DNA of 62,535 nt, filler included, from Nemertoderma westbladi (Eukaryota; Animalia; Xenacoelomorpha), in the NCBI GenBank assembly GCA_032718475.1. It is 4 parts of 4 records of this genome, joined end to end, with 100 filler letters (N's around TTAATTAATTAA, not from the genome) between each part and the next. Parts side by side here need not be neighbours in the genome. Positions count along the whole stretch, not along the records: positions 1 to 13,967 come from JAUCBJ010002360.1; 3 more parts are not named here. The stretch is one strand, 5' to 3'. Below the pieces are notes generated by a model, which worked only from the letters and a program-made list of their open reading frames with translations, was not told the DNA's origin and did not search any database. The first letter of the stretch is position 1. Each line of letters opens with the position of its first letter. The position numbers were made by a program, and so were the translations under genes. Positions 1-12,500 of this stretch are shown here, piece by piece.

Positions 1-60
1 TGTCTCTTTTATTTGAAATAAAAAGTCGGTTCCTTATCGGGCCGCTAGGCCCGTCACTAG
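1..60 (+). mobile_element. 3' end of a non-autonomous Helitron/Helentron-like element (type B end)
   Basis: Sub-terminal motif TCGGTTCCTTA (26-36), hairpin CGGGCC-GCTA-GGCCCG (38-53), terminal CTAG (57-60) followed by T. Identical to the ends at 3037 and 4542. Confidence 0.7.
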
Positions 61-1547
61 TTAGCAAGTCGTTAGACTTGATTACTGTAAGAATTGTTTG
101 CTGATGATTGACTGGCTGACTGACTGACTGACTGACCTACAGCCAAAACTACTCTAACGATTTTGATGAAATTTTCACAGCAGCTAGATACCGCGATTCT
201 AAGGTCCCTGGTATGATCGGCTACTCCGTCCATAGCCTCTGGGCTCGAAAAATAGAGATAAACGAAAAAACGCCATAGGCGCAATGGTAAAATAACGCCA
301 ATGACAGCTGGTGTCCTGATGAAAAATGGCTTATGTAATGCATTTCTACACAAAATGTTAGTAATAAATCGATGAGGTTGCCAAGATTATTGTACTTAGT
401 ACACCCATACTGTTTGTTTAGGCCCTAGGACACTCTGTCAAAGCAAATATTAACTGGTTGATTTAGTTTGTGGTTCTACACAGGCTTAGTATAAATCGAT
501 GAGGCTGCCAACTGGTTGGTTTAGTTTGCAATCTATTACCGCCTCAGCTGAATAACTCTTCCCCCTGCTGAATGACTATTAGGTATACAGTGTATCGGCT
601 ACATTAATGCCAACATTAATACTGTGGAGGCTGTATGCTTATAAGGTGGAATGTTTACACAGCCTTATACTGATACTCTGTAAGGCTAAGACTAACATTA
701 TAGTTTGAAATATAAAAATCACTTCTTATTATCTGTATTGGGTTAATAATCACTGTGGCATTCAAAATGTTTTATAGGTGATTGACATTTAGTGCAAGCT
801 GAATGACTGTTAGTTACAGAGTACACTGCACTGTATTTTATCTTTAAATCTTTCGTCCAACATTAATACTTTGGAGGTTGTATGCTTATAAGGCAAATGT
901 TTACTCAGCTTCATACTGATACACTGTAAGGCTAACACTAACGTTATAGTTTAAAACATAAAAATCACTGCTTACTATCTGTATCAGGTTATACACTGTG
1001 GCATTCAAAATGTTTAAATGTTTTATAGGTGATTGATATTTAGTGCAAGCTGAATGACTGTAGGTTACAGAGTACTATTGCACTGTATTTTATTTTTAAA
1101 TCTTTTGGCCAACATTAATACTGTGGAGGCTGTATGCTTATAAGGCGGAATGTTTACTCAGCCTCATACTGATACTCTGTAAGGCTTACACTAACATTAT
1201 AGTTTGAAATATAAAAATAACTGCTTATTATCTGTATTGGGTTAATCACTGTGGCATTCAAAATGTTTTGTTAGGTGAATGACATTTAGTGGCTAAGATT
1301 ATTCTCTGTCAGATTCCCTTCACACCATAGGCAAACATTGTTGAGGCTGAGGGAATTTACTTTAGTTTACTCTACTGAGTCATTCAGCTGAATGGATTTG
1401 AGCAATTGCCAAATTACAGAGTGGGATCTCTCTCTGACCATAGATAAATAACACTTCCCTTCTGAACAAAGGTAAACATTGTTGAGGGAACTTACCTTTG
1501 ATTGACGACTTCCGACTTGCTTAATGGCGTCTTGACGCCGTCACTAG
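61..1547 (+). mobile_element. Non-autonomous Helitron/Helentron-like element, type A ends
   Basis: 5' TTAGCAAGTCG is near-complementary to 3' CGACTTGCTTA (1513-1523). (ACTG)n microsatellite near the 5' end. 3' hairpin GGCGTC-TT-GACGCC then CTAG. Internal ~250-bp triplication (copies near 609, 857, 1108). Confidence 0.7.
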
Positions 1548-3037
1548 TTAGGAACCGAGAGGTTCATTACTGTAAGAATTGTTGACTGACTGGCTGGCTG
1601 GCTGGCTAATCTACAGCCAAAACTACTCTAACGATTTTGATGAAATTTTCACAGCGGCTAGATACCGCTATTCTAAGGTCCTTGGTATGTTCCGCTATTT
1701 CGTCCATGAGCCGTGGGCTCGGAAAATAGACATAAACGAAAAAACGCCATAGGCGCAATGGTAAAATAACACCAATAACAGCTGGTGTCGTGATGAAAAA
1801 TGGCTTATGTAATGGATTTCTACACAAGGCTTAGTATAAATCGATGAGGTTGCCAAGATTATTGTACTTAGTACACCCATACTGTTTGTTTAGGCCCTAG
1901 GACACTCTGTCAAAGCAAATATTAACTGGTTGGTTTAGTTTGAAATCTATTATCGCCTCAGCTGAATTACTCTTCCCAATGCATTCTATGGGAATATCTC
2001 ACTCTGCTAATGTAAGCTGAATGACTTAAGTACACAGTGTGTTGGCTACATTAATGCCAACATTATTGCAAAATGTTTTATTGTTGGATTACTCTCTGTC
2101 AGTCTCCCCTTCAGAACATTGTATAGGGAATTTACTTTAGTTTACTCTACTATGCCATTCAGTTGAATGGATTTGAGCGATTGCCAAGTTACAGAGTTGG
2201 ATCATTCTCTGACCATAGGCAAAGACATCAAATCTTTTTAAAAAGATACTTTTTCCATGTTTTTTTTTCTGACCAAAAATTTCAAAAAAAATTTTTTCGT
2301 AGCCAGTACTGCCAATCGATTCGCCATCAAAAATAACGCAAAAAATTTTTTTTGCAAAATTTTAAATTACTGTAAATTTTTGGCGACTGGGGGGGGGGGT
2401 CAATTTTTTTCGATCCGCTATAACTCCGGAACGCCCTGTCCAAATTCGATGGGGTTTTTATTTTTCAACTTAATTCGATGTCCTCTTTCAGCCTATCCAT
2501 GTTTCGAAACCCCAAACAGCGCCGTTCAAAAATAAGTTTTTTCTAGTTCTAGAATTTTACAAATTTCAAAAAAGTTGCGGTATTTTATTAACACCTTTAC
2601 GGAATTCGATAGCCTTTTCGATTTTTATATCAAACGTAATATCCTGAATCTCACTAGCCTAGTTTCGCGTCACCAATGCCAAGACTTCATACTTTTTGAG
2701 GAAAATTTTTCTAGAATAATTTTTATTTAAATTACATTTATCGCGATTTCTTATTACTGGTTGCACATGAATTGATGGAGTTTTCAATTTATTAACTAAA
2801 CACGATATCGCGCATCGCACCAGCGTGGTTTCGAAATTCCAAAACGAGGTCTTCACTAGTTGCAGGTCGATTTTGTTCTAGAATTGAGCAACTAATAATA
2901 GATCGAATTTATTAATAATTATTGTATGAAATATGATTGTATTTTTACATAATTATTAGTTCAATACTAATTCTCGTTGTCTCTTTTATTTAAAATAAAA
3001 AGTCGGTTCCTTATCGGGCCGCTAGGCCCGTCACTAG
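1548..3037 (+). mobile_element. Non-autonomous Helitron/Helentron-like element, type B copy 1
   Basis: 5' TTAGGAACCGA and 3' TCGGTTCCTTA sub-terminal inverted repeats, GCTG/ACTG microsatellite, 3' hairpin + CTAG. Near-identical to 3038-4542. Confidence 0.72.
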
Positions 3038-4542
3038 TTAGGAACCGAGAGGTTCATTACTGTAAGAATTGTTGACTGACTGGCTGGCTGGCTGGCTGAC
3101 TGGCTGGCTGACTGATCTACAGCCAAAACTACTCTAACGATTTTGATGAAATTTTCACAGCATCTAGATACCGTGATTCTAAGGTCCCTGGCATGATCGG
3201 CTACTCCGTCCATAGCCTCTGGGCTCGAAAAATAGAGATAAACGAAAAAAACGCCATAGGCGCAATGGTAAAATAACACCCATGACAGCTGGTGTCCTGA
3301 TGAAAAATGGCTTATGTAATGCATTTCTACACAAGGCTTAGTAATAAATCGATGAGGTTGCCAAGATTATTATACTCAGTACACCCATACTGTTTGTATA
3401 GGCCACCACTCTCTGTCAAAGCAAACATTATTAACTGGTTGGTTTAGTTTGAAATCTAATATCGCCTCAGCTGAATTACTCTTCCCAATGCAATCTATGG
3501 GAATATCTCACTCTGCTAATGTAAGCTGAATGACTGTTACGTACACAGTGAGTTGGCTACAATAATGCCAACATTATTGCAAAATGTTTTATTGTTGGAT
3601 TACTCTCTGTCAGTCACCCCTTCAGAACATTGTATAGGGAATTTACTTTAGTTTACTCTACTGTGCCATTCAGCTGAATGGATTTGAGCGATTGCCAAGT
3701 TACAGAGTTGGATCATTCTCTGACCATAGGCAAAGACATCAAATCTTTTTAAAAATAATACTTTTTCCATGTTTTTTTTTCTGACCAAAAATTTCAAAAA
3801 AATTTTTTCGTAGCCAGTACTGCCAATCGATTCGCCATCAAAAATAACGCAAAAAAATTTTTTTGCAAAATTTTAAATTACTGTAAATTTTTGGCGACTG
3901 GGGGGGGTCAATTTTTTTCGATCCGCTATAACTCCAGAACGCGTTGTCCAAATTCGATGGGGTTTTCATTTTTCAACTTAATTCGATGTCCTCTTTCAGC
4001 CTATCAATGTTTCGAAACCCCAAACAGCGCCGTTCAAAAATTAATTTTTTCTAGTTCTAGAATTTTACAAATTTCAAAAAAGTTGCAGTATTTTATTAAC
4101 GCCTTTACGGAATTCGATAGCGTTTTCGATTTTTATATTAAACGCAATATCCTGAATCTCACTAGCCTAGTTTCGCGTCACCAATGCCAAGACTTCATAC
4201 TTTTTGAGAAAATTTTTCTAGAATAATTTTTATTTAATTACTTTATCGCGATTTCTTATTACTGGTTGGACATGAACTGATGGAGTTTTCAATTTATTAA
4301 CTAAACACGATATCGCGCATCGCACCAGCATGGTTTCGAAATTCCAAAACGAGGTGTTCACTAGTTGCAGGTCGATTTTGTTCTAGAATTGAGCAACTAA
4401 TAATAGATCAAATTTATTAATAATTATTGTATGAAATATGATTGTATTTTTACATAATTATTAGTTCTATACTAATTCTCGTTGTCTCTTTTATTTAAAA
4501 TAAAAAGTCGGTTCCTTATCGGGCCGCTAGGCCCGTCACTAG
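3038..4542 (+). mobile_element. Non-autonomous Helitron/Helentron-like element, type B copy 2
   Basis: Direct tandem copy of 1548-3037 with the same termini. Confidence 0.72.
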
Positions 4543-4900
4543 TTAGCAAGTCGTTAGACTTGATTACTGTAAGAAAAAAAGGCTACTGTGATGACTACTG
4601 ACTACTGGCTACTGGCTACTGACTACTGACCTAGAGCAAAAACGGCTCTAACGATTTTGATGAAATTTTGCATGGACCATGAAAATGGATTTCTAAGGGT
4701 ACTTGTGAAATCGCGGTTTAAATTGAAACATCTCAACTTGTTTTATTTCGAAAAATAGCCCCAAAACACTAAAATTGCCATAGGCGCAATGATAAAACAC
4801 CAGCTGGCACTCATGAAAAATGTATAGAGATGGCCTGGTAATGCATTCAATAGGAAGGGCAACTAACAAAGAAGTACTTTGTGTGCCAAGTTTTATTATT
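4543..4900 (+). mobile_element. Diverged 5' part of a type A Helitron-like element, truncated
   Basis: Begins TTAGCAAGTCGTTAGACTTGATTACTGTAAG like position 61. Similarity decays before the LINE fragment. Right boundary approximate. Confidence 0.55.
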
Positions 4901-5034
4901 ACTCTATTCTACTACAACCCAGACAGTAATCAAACAAAACATTAAATAAATAAAATCGGATTAAATTATGGCTGTAGCTACTGAAACTTTTAGTCAGGGT
5001 TTATTAACAGAACTTGTATAATATGTAAAATACT

Positions 5035-6321
5035 TTAAGAGTTGAGAGGCATTGAATCGTCCCCATGATGGGTTAGTGTGATTGGACGTTCTAAGATCAT
5101 TAAAAACAGAGCTTGTCTGAGTGGTGAGCTCGCCGACTGTGTAGCATTGCACGTAGCGTAATGGAGTTTATCTGTGGCAGGGCCTCCGCAGAGCCAGCAG
5201 ATACAGTTTTCACTGGGTTTCCAGCAATTTATTTTACTGCATATTTTTTGGTGACACCCGTTGGAAATAAGCTGAGCCGCGGCGCGGCGGCACAGACCAG
5301 TTAAGTTCTCTAACTTTACATCGCTGGATGTCGGGTCATCGATTACTTTGAGAATTGAGGATGAGGACGCGTATCTACTGACACCGCACCACATCTTCCA
5401 GAACAGTGCCCGTATCCGCTGGACATGGTCTAATTTGGTTGGGTCATCCTCCGAAAAGATACTGCATCCGTATGTAATAGATGGGACTATTACGGATTTC
5501 CATAGGCGGGTACCCGAGTCCTTAGATATTAGTGTAAGGTTTATTTTCATGGCTATACGAGTGCATGCCGCAAGGCCTTTGTTATAGAGATGGTTGTAAT
5601 GACTGCTGGGCCCGTTCTTTGCTGACAGAACCACTCCTAAATAGTTGCATTGGGTGACGAACTTGATGGTTTTACCATTATAATGAATTATGTCTGTCTT
5701 CGACCTTTTTCCATCGCGGCGAAATTTAATTGCTTTAGTTTTGGAAATATTCACCTCCAGTCGATTTGCCCTGCAGTATTTTTCGAGCTTGTGTAATGCA
5801 AGCTGGTCCTCGTTGATTGTGTCGGCTACAATCACTAAGTCGTCGGCGTATAATATTACATAGCAACACAAGGTTGTCAATAAAAGTGGAATGTCGGAGA
5901 TAAACAGGCTAAACAACAACGGCGAGAGTTTGTCTCCCTGTATTGACCCGGTTGTCTGTTCTATTGGATCTAGCACAAATGTGCCAATGCAGATACATAT
6001 GTAATTCACTGATATTATAGCCCATATTACAGCAATAAATTTTTTACTAATTCCAATAGCGGATAATTTCCTGCAAAGAAGTTGACGGTCTAGGGAGTCG
6101 AACGCTTTGGAGAAATCGATGAACACGCAATAGGCATGTCCGGGACCTGCCCCTGGTTGTAGGGATGATTTGATACGGTTAAATATAAGTTTTACCGCCA
6201 TTATAGTGGATCTCTTCTTTCGAAAACCGTACTGCTGGTCGGGTAGTTTCCTTAGAGTCTCAGCCCATGTATAGAACATGTATATAACAAACACATCGAA
6301 AAACACAGCTGGCCAACACAT
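5035..6321 (-). mobile_element. 5'-truncated non-LTR retrotransposon (LINE): RT domain and C-terminal Cys/His motif
   Basis: QYGFRKKRST, FIDFSKAFDS, QGDKLSPLLF, LYADD, YLGV, and C-terminal CWLC...H...C in the 428-aa ORF. Confidence 0.9.
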
Positions 6322-6811
6322 TGTTACTAGGAACTATTTATCAGATATTCAACAAATTTACTTTACTATACTTCGTGATCCCGTTCCAGAAAAGTCCGTG
6401 TCGCGACCGTGATTACATTTGTCGCCGGGATCCCGGTTCTTCGGGATCGGGATCGGTTTAAACACTATTATATAATCTATAGAGCTATGTCTATCGGTAC
6501 CGGTACCGAGTGGTAGTTGCTTTGTATCTCCTCTCCTACAATATCTACTGATCTGTCTATAGAGTACTTTACTTATCTCCTGAAATATCTATAGGTTTTT
6601 ATGCCGAATATATCTTAATCCGTTTATAACCAATTTGATAGGTACCGGTACTGTAATGTAAAAGGTTACTTTCGGAAAAATATTATCGGAATCTAAGTTA
6701 ACCAACATGGTTACCTCAGATCCAAACATTAAATGGAGACAACCGAATGGCGCGCTATTTGAATTACATTCAGTTTTAGAATCTACACTCTGTGATATAA
6801 AATATAGTCCC

Positions 6812-6880
6812 ACTTTGGTGTAGTGGTTGCATTGAATTCACTTCTCCTGAAGGTTGTGGATTCGATCCCCGTTTGGGGGC
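6812..6880 (+). mobile_element. tRNA-derived SINE head (degenerate)
   Basis: A-box-like TGGTGTAGTGG and B-box-like GATTCGATCCC at tRNA-like spacing. No intact acceptor stem. Confidence 0.45.
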
Positions 6881-7605
6881 CTGGGCATTTTCGTTACGGC
6901 ACGATTTCTTTAAAAGGACTAGCCACGGCTTAAATAATAGCTATTTAATATACTATTTAATATAATTATTATGTGTAGGGCTAAATTTAATATTAATATT
7001 AAATAATAATTATATTAATATTAAATATATTTAATTCCTAGGTTTTTACGGGCGTTGCCAAGGGGAGCTGCACCGCTCCCACTCCCCAGGAGAAGTCAGA
7101 TAAACAACAGAGTGCCTACGAACGGGAGAGGATTGAGCACGCTAAGAATATAATGGCCCCGTTCGTACTGCGGAGGTTAAAGAAGGACGTTATGAAACAG
7201 GTGGGTCCCTGTACTGAACTGGGAAGTAGATAAAAGGATTTTGATAGTGAGAGTATTCAAGCTGGGGAGTAGAACAATGGTACCCTTCCTTCTTATCTTC
7301 AGTAGCCCCTAAAAAAACTATTAGTGGTGTTTTGGGCGAATGAGTGGTTTCATATTATTATAACTTTTGTTGGCTTGTCCTGCCTAAATTAGTAGCTACA
7401 GTGTTTAATTAATCATTGTGGCCGTGATGGTTAATGGTTAATATACACTACCGTTTCATTGTAGCGAGTTGTTAAAGACGGCCAAGTACTGTAGGGTTGA
7501 GCACAGTGGCCGCATATGGTGGTATTGACAGATGGGAGGCCATGAGGAGGTAAATTGCGGACATACAAGTATCAGGTAGTAATTTACTGGTCTATCTTTT
7601 ACCTG

Positions 7606-7675
7606 AGCCGCTAGCTGAATGGTTAGAGCGTCAGACTTCCAACCCGGAGGTCACCAGTTCGATCCCTCCTGGACT
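7606..7675 (+). mobile_element. tRNA(Gly-TCC)-like SINE head or tRNA pseudogene
   Basis: TAGCTGAATGG A box, CTTCCAA anticodon-loop-like 7-mer, AGTTCGATCCC B box. Stems mismatched. Confidence 0.55.
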
Positions 7676-7886
7676 TCATTGTCGACTATTCCCAACAAAA
7701 GTTAAAAAAAAACTAGAATCACTATTTCCTGATTGGTTTTAAACAGGTTACCTAGCAACGGCAACCAGCAACCACAAACAGCTGGATAAAATAGCAGTTG
7801 ACCATAAAGCAACTAGAGTCACTATCCGGTAACACAGGGCCAGTGACGGAACTGACAGCAGCCGTTAAATTGACAAACACTGTGGG

Positions 7887-8197
7887 GCGAGCCACGAAAG
7901 TGCGCGAGCCACGAAAGTGTGCGAGCCACGAAAGTGCGCGAGCCACGAAAGTGCGCGAGCCACGAAAGTGCGCGAGCCACGAAAGTGCGCGAGCCACGAA
8001 AGTGCGCGAGCCACGAAAGTGCGCGAGCCACGAAAGTGCGCGAGCCACGAAAGTGCGCGAGCCACGAAAGTGCGCGAGCCACGAAAGTGCGCGAGCCACG
8101 AAAGTGCGCGAGCCACAAAAGTGCGCGAGCCACGAAAGTGCGCGAGCCACGAAAGTGCGCGAGCCACGAAAGTGCGCGAGCCACGAAAGTGCGCGAG
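7887..8197 (+). repeat. 17-bp tandem repeat (GCGAGCCACGAAAGTGC)n, about 18 copies
   Basis: Near-perfect tandem array read directly. Explains the overlapping repetitive ORFs in several frames. Confidence 0.97.
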
Positions 8198-8524
8198 CTT
8201 AGAATACGGGTACTAATCTCAACTTCGCGTCTATATGTCGGTCTGCCTGTCGCTGGTCGGTCGGTCCGTCTAATCTTTGAATTCTGATACAGTAACTCAG
8301 CGAATATTTTATAAATTAATACACAAGTTGAAAGTCAAAAGTTTAGAAAGTTTTCAGAAATTTGGCAATGTGCATTCAAGTGGTCCGCCGCTAGGGGCGC
8401 TAAATATAGGCTTAATAACTTTTGAACAACTTCATAGATTTTGAGTGACCTATGTATGGAGTTCATTTTAATTGTTTAGATCGAATACTGTGAAACAGTC
8501 CGGTCCAAAAAAAAATCAATTTTA

Positions 8525-9512
8525 TGGTTGTCCAAAATTGATCGAAATCGATAATCGATCGAAAATAATGTCAATAATAATCGATCGAAATTTTTTTTTA
8601 TTTGAAATGATTTTCGATTAATTTTTCACTATATAGAATATCAAACATTTTTAAGAAAAATTATTCAAATACTGTTTTTCATTAATATTAATTTTTCTGT
8701 AAATGGGTGTAATGTAAAAATTTTGGAATAAAACTTAAGTAAGAATATTCTAATACTCATATCTGCATTTGTACATTATTAATCTTAATGTGGGGCGGGC
8801 CACGAAGTGAAAGAAGCCTTAGCATAGGGGTTCCATTAACGAGTTGTCCAATCTTTATTCGCTAATAAGTCTGTCATTCCATCATAAAATTAAACCAAAC
8901 TTGGTACCTGTAACTAACTTACCGATAAAAGGTTAGACAAAATCTGAAGTTTGGTAAAAAAAAACCACACAGTCTGTCTGTAGTTTCACACATTTGATAA
9001 AAACCGAAATAAGTCGGTCAAAATTAATGAAATTGATCCAAACTTGATACACATGTAAATAAATAAGTAGCTATAAAGTAAAGAACTAACCAGCACATCC
9101 ATCTGAAATTTGGTAGAAATGACCTATGAACATTAACGCTTTATAAATAATGTTGCTTACCAACAGACTAAGTCAGATCATCTGTCAGTCCCGTGGTGGC
9201 GTATTGTGAATATAAACAAGTATTCGGAATACATCTTCAGGGGTTATTTGAGTCTCGTGCTGCGCGAAGGCCCCACGAACGTGTACCAAACCGTACTCAA
9301 CAGCAAATTACGAAGTCCCATTTTACACACATAAATTTTATTAAATATTAAACTTAATCTTCTTTTTACAAAGAAAATTTTTCTATTAGTAACCAATAAA
9401 TTATTGAAATCTCTTAATATTTTACATTGGTAATAATCGAAAATCATCGATAATCGATCGAAAATTTCATAAAATCGATCGAAAAATTTTGTAAATTTTA
9501 ATGGACAACGCC
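8525..9512. mobile_element. Possible non-autonomous DNA transposon with ATCGAT-rich subterminal repeats
   Basis: GTTGTCCA at ~8527 and TGGACAAC at ~9502 are inverted. ATCGAT/ATCGAAA clusters lie inside both ends. No clear TSD. Confidence 0.35.
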
Positions 9513-9577
9513 AACAACAATTAAGCAGTTGTAGTGGAGAGTTGCGGAGATTTACAATTCACAATACAATTAATATA

Positions 9578-12500
9578 CACCATGTCCCAGAATATAGTAT
9601 GGTAGGTAATTCGGCGTCCCAAATTTTCCCCCCTAATTTTTCTACAAAATCTTAATGAGATTGCGAATGAGAATGAGATTAGTTCCACCTCCCTCCTCCT
9701 TCGTGGGTGAGTCAGAATTTTTATTTTTGCTTTCAATCTTTAGCTACAAGCGTTTGAAAAAGGTGTCTCCGGCGATATTACACCAATCCCACCGCAGTTA
9801 CTCTTCAACCTTATAGCTGTCTGTTGGTACTAATGGAAAGCTGGCCCTGTCCCCTCCTGCTCATTAATATGGTATTTTGAATCCAGCTGATGCGTTGCTA
9901 GGTACCCCGTTTAAATCCAATCAGGAAATAGTGAGATTTGTTGTTTTAAGGCCCCTCTTCTCTTCTAGTTGACTACCAAGATTATAGTCATTTTGATGGC
10001 CTCTAGTAAAGAGGAGCTTTGGGTTGCCTCCGTTAGAGAGGAGCCTTCGGGTTGCCTCTAGTAGAGAGGAGCCTTCGGGTTGCCTCTGGTAGATAGAAGC
10101 CTTTGGGTTGCCTCCAGTAGAGAGGAGCCTTCGCGTTACCTCCAGTAGGGAGGAGCCTTCGGGTTGCCTCCAGTAGATAGGAGCCTTTGGGTTGCCTCCA
10201 GTAGAGAGGAGCCTTCGGGTTGCCTCTGGTAGAGAGGAGCCTTCGGGTTGCCTCTGGTAGAGAGGAGTCTTCGGGTTGCCTCCGGTATAGATGAGCCTTT
10301 GGGTTGCCTCTGGTAGAGAGGAGCTTTCATGTTGCCTCCGCTAGAGAGGAGCCTTCGGGTTACCTCCAGTAGGGAGGAGCCTTCGGGTTGCCTCCAGTAG
10401 ATAGGAGCCTTCGGGTTGCCTCCGGTAGAAAGGAGCCTTCGGGTTGCCTCTGGTAGAAAGGAGCCTTCGGGTTGCCTTCGGTATAGATGAGCCTTTGGGT
10501 TGCCTCTGGTAGAGAGGAGCCTTCATGTTGCCTCCGGTAGAGAGGAGCCTTTGGGTTACCTCCAGTAGGGAGGAGCCTTCGGGTTGCCTCCAGTAGATAG
10601 GAGCCTTCGGGTTGCCTCTAGTAGAGAGGAGCCTTCGGGTTGCCTCTGGTAGAGAGGAGCCTTCGGGTTGCCTCCGGTATAGATGAGCCTTTAGGTTGCC
10701 TCTGGTAGAGAGGAGCCTTCATGTTGCCTCCGGTAGAGAGGAGCCTTCGGGTTGCCTCCAGTAGGGAGGAGCCTTCGGGTTGCCTCCAGTAGATAGGAGC
10801 CTTAGGGTTGCCTCTGGTAGAGAGGAGCCTTCGGGTTGCCTCCGTTAGAGAGGAGCCTTTGGGTTGCCTCCATTAGAGAGGAGCCTTCTGGTTGCCTACA
10901 GTAGAGAGGAGCCTTAGGGTTGCTTCCGGTAGAGAGGAGCCTTCGGATTGCTTCCGGTAGAGAGGAGCCTTCATGTTGCCTCCGGTAGAGAGGTACCTTC
11001 GGATTGCCTCCTGTAGAGAGGAGCCTTTGGGTTGCCTCCGATAGAGAGGGGCCTTCGGGTTGCCTCCGGTAGAGAGGAGCCTTCGGGTTGCCTCCAGTAG
11101 AGAGGAGCCTTTGGGTTGCCTCCTGTATAGAGGAGCCTTCATGTTGCCTCCGGTAGAGTGGAGCCTTCGGGTTGCCTCCATTAGAGAGTAGCCTTCGGGT
11201 TGCCTCTGGTAGAGAGGAACCTTCGGGTTGCCTCCGGTATAGATGAGCCTTTGGGTTGCCTCTGGTAGAGAGGAGCCTTCATGTTGCCTCCGGTAGAGAG
11301 GAGCCTTCGGGTTGCCTCCAGTAGGGAGGAGCCTTCGGGTTGCCTCCAGTAGATAGGAGCCTTAGGGTTGCCTCCGGTAGAGAGGAGCCTTCGGGTTGCC
11401 TCCGTTAGAGAGGAGCCTTCGAGTTGCCTCCATTAGAGAGGAGCCTTCTGGTTGCCTACAGTAGAGAGGAGCCTTAGGGTTGCCTCCGGTAGAGAGGAGC
11501 CTTCGGATTGCTTCCGGTAGAGAGGAGCCTTCATGTTGCCTCCGGTAGAGAGGTACCTTCGGATTGCCTCCTGTAGAGAGGAGCCTTTGGGTTGCCTCCG
11601 GTAGAGAGGAGCCTTTGGGTTGCCTCCGGTAGAGAGGAGCCTTCGGGTTGCCTCCAGTAGAGAGGAGCCTTTGGGTTGCCTCCTGTATAGAGGAGCCTCC
11701 ATGTTGCCTCCGGTAGAGAGGAGCCTTCGGGTTGCCTCTGATAGAGAGGATCCTTCGGATTGCCTCCAGTAGAGAGGAGCCTTCGGTTTGCCTCCGGTAG
11801 TGAGGAGCCTTCGGGTGGCCACCGGTCGAGAGGTACCTTCGGATTGCCTCCTGTAGAGAGGAGCCTTTGGGTTGCCTCCGGTAGAGAGGAGCCTTCGGGT
11901 TGCCTCCGTTAGAGAGGAGCCTTCGGGTTGCCTCCAGTAGAGAGGAGCCTTTGGGTTGCCTCCTGTATAGAGGAGCCTTCATGTTGCCTCCGGTAGAGAG
12001 GAGCCTTCGGGTTGCCTCTGATAGAGAGGATCCTTCGGATTGCCTCCAGTAGAGAGGAGCCTTTGGGTTGTCTCCATTAGAGAGTAGCCTTCGGATTGCC
12101 TCCAGTAGAGATGAGCCTTCGGGTTGCCTCCAGTAGAGAGGACCCTTCGGTTTGCCTCCATTAGAGAGGAGCCTTCGGGTTGCCTCCAGTAGAGATGAGC
12201 CATCGGGTTGCCTCCAGTAGAGAGGCCCCTTCGTTTTGCCTCCGGTAGTGAGGAGCCTTCGGGTTGCCACCGGGTAGAGGAGCCTTCGGGTTGCCTCCGG
12301 TAGAGAGGAGCCTTCATGTTGCCTCCGGTAGAGAGGAGCCTTCGGGTTGCCTCCAGTAGAGTGGAGCCTTCGGGTTGCCTCATATAGAGAGGAGCCTTCG
12401 GGTTGCCTCCGGTAGAGTGGAGCCTTTGGGTTGTCTCTGGTAGAGAGGAGCCTTTGCGTTGCCTCCGGTGGAGGTCCAATCGACGAGAAGTGGTCCCAGG

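Noticed and set aside
9215-9245. Possible minus-strand hammerhead (CTGAAGA + GTATT/AATAC hairpin)
   Set aside because: No GAAA after the hairpin and no helix I or III.
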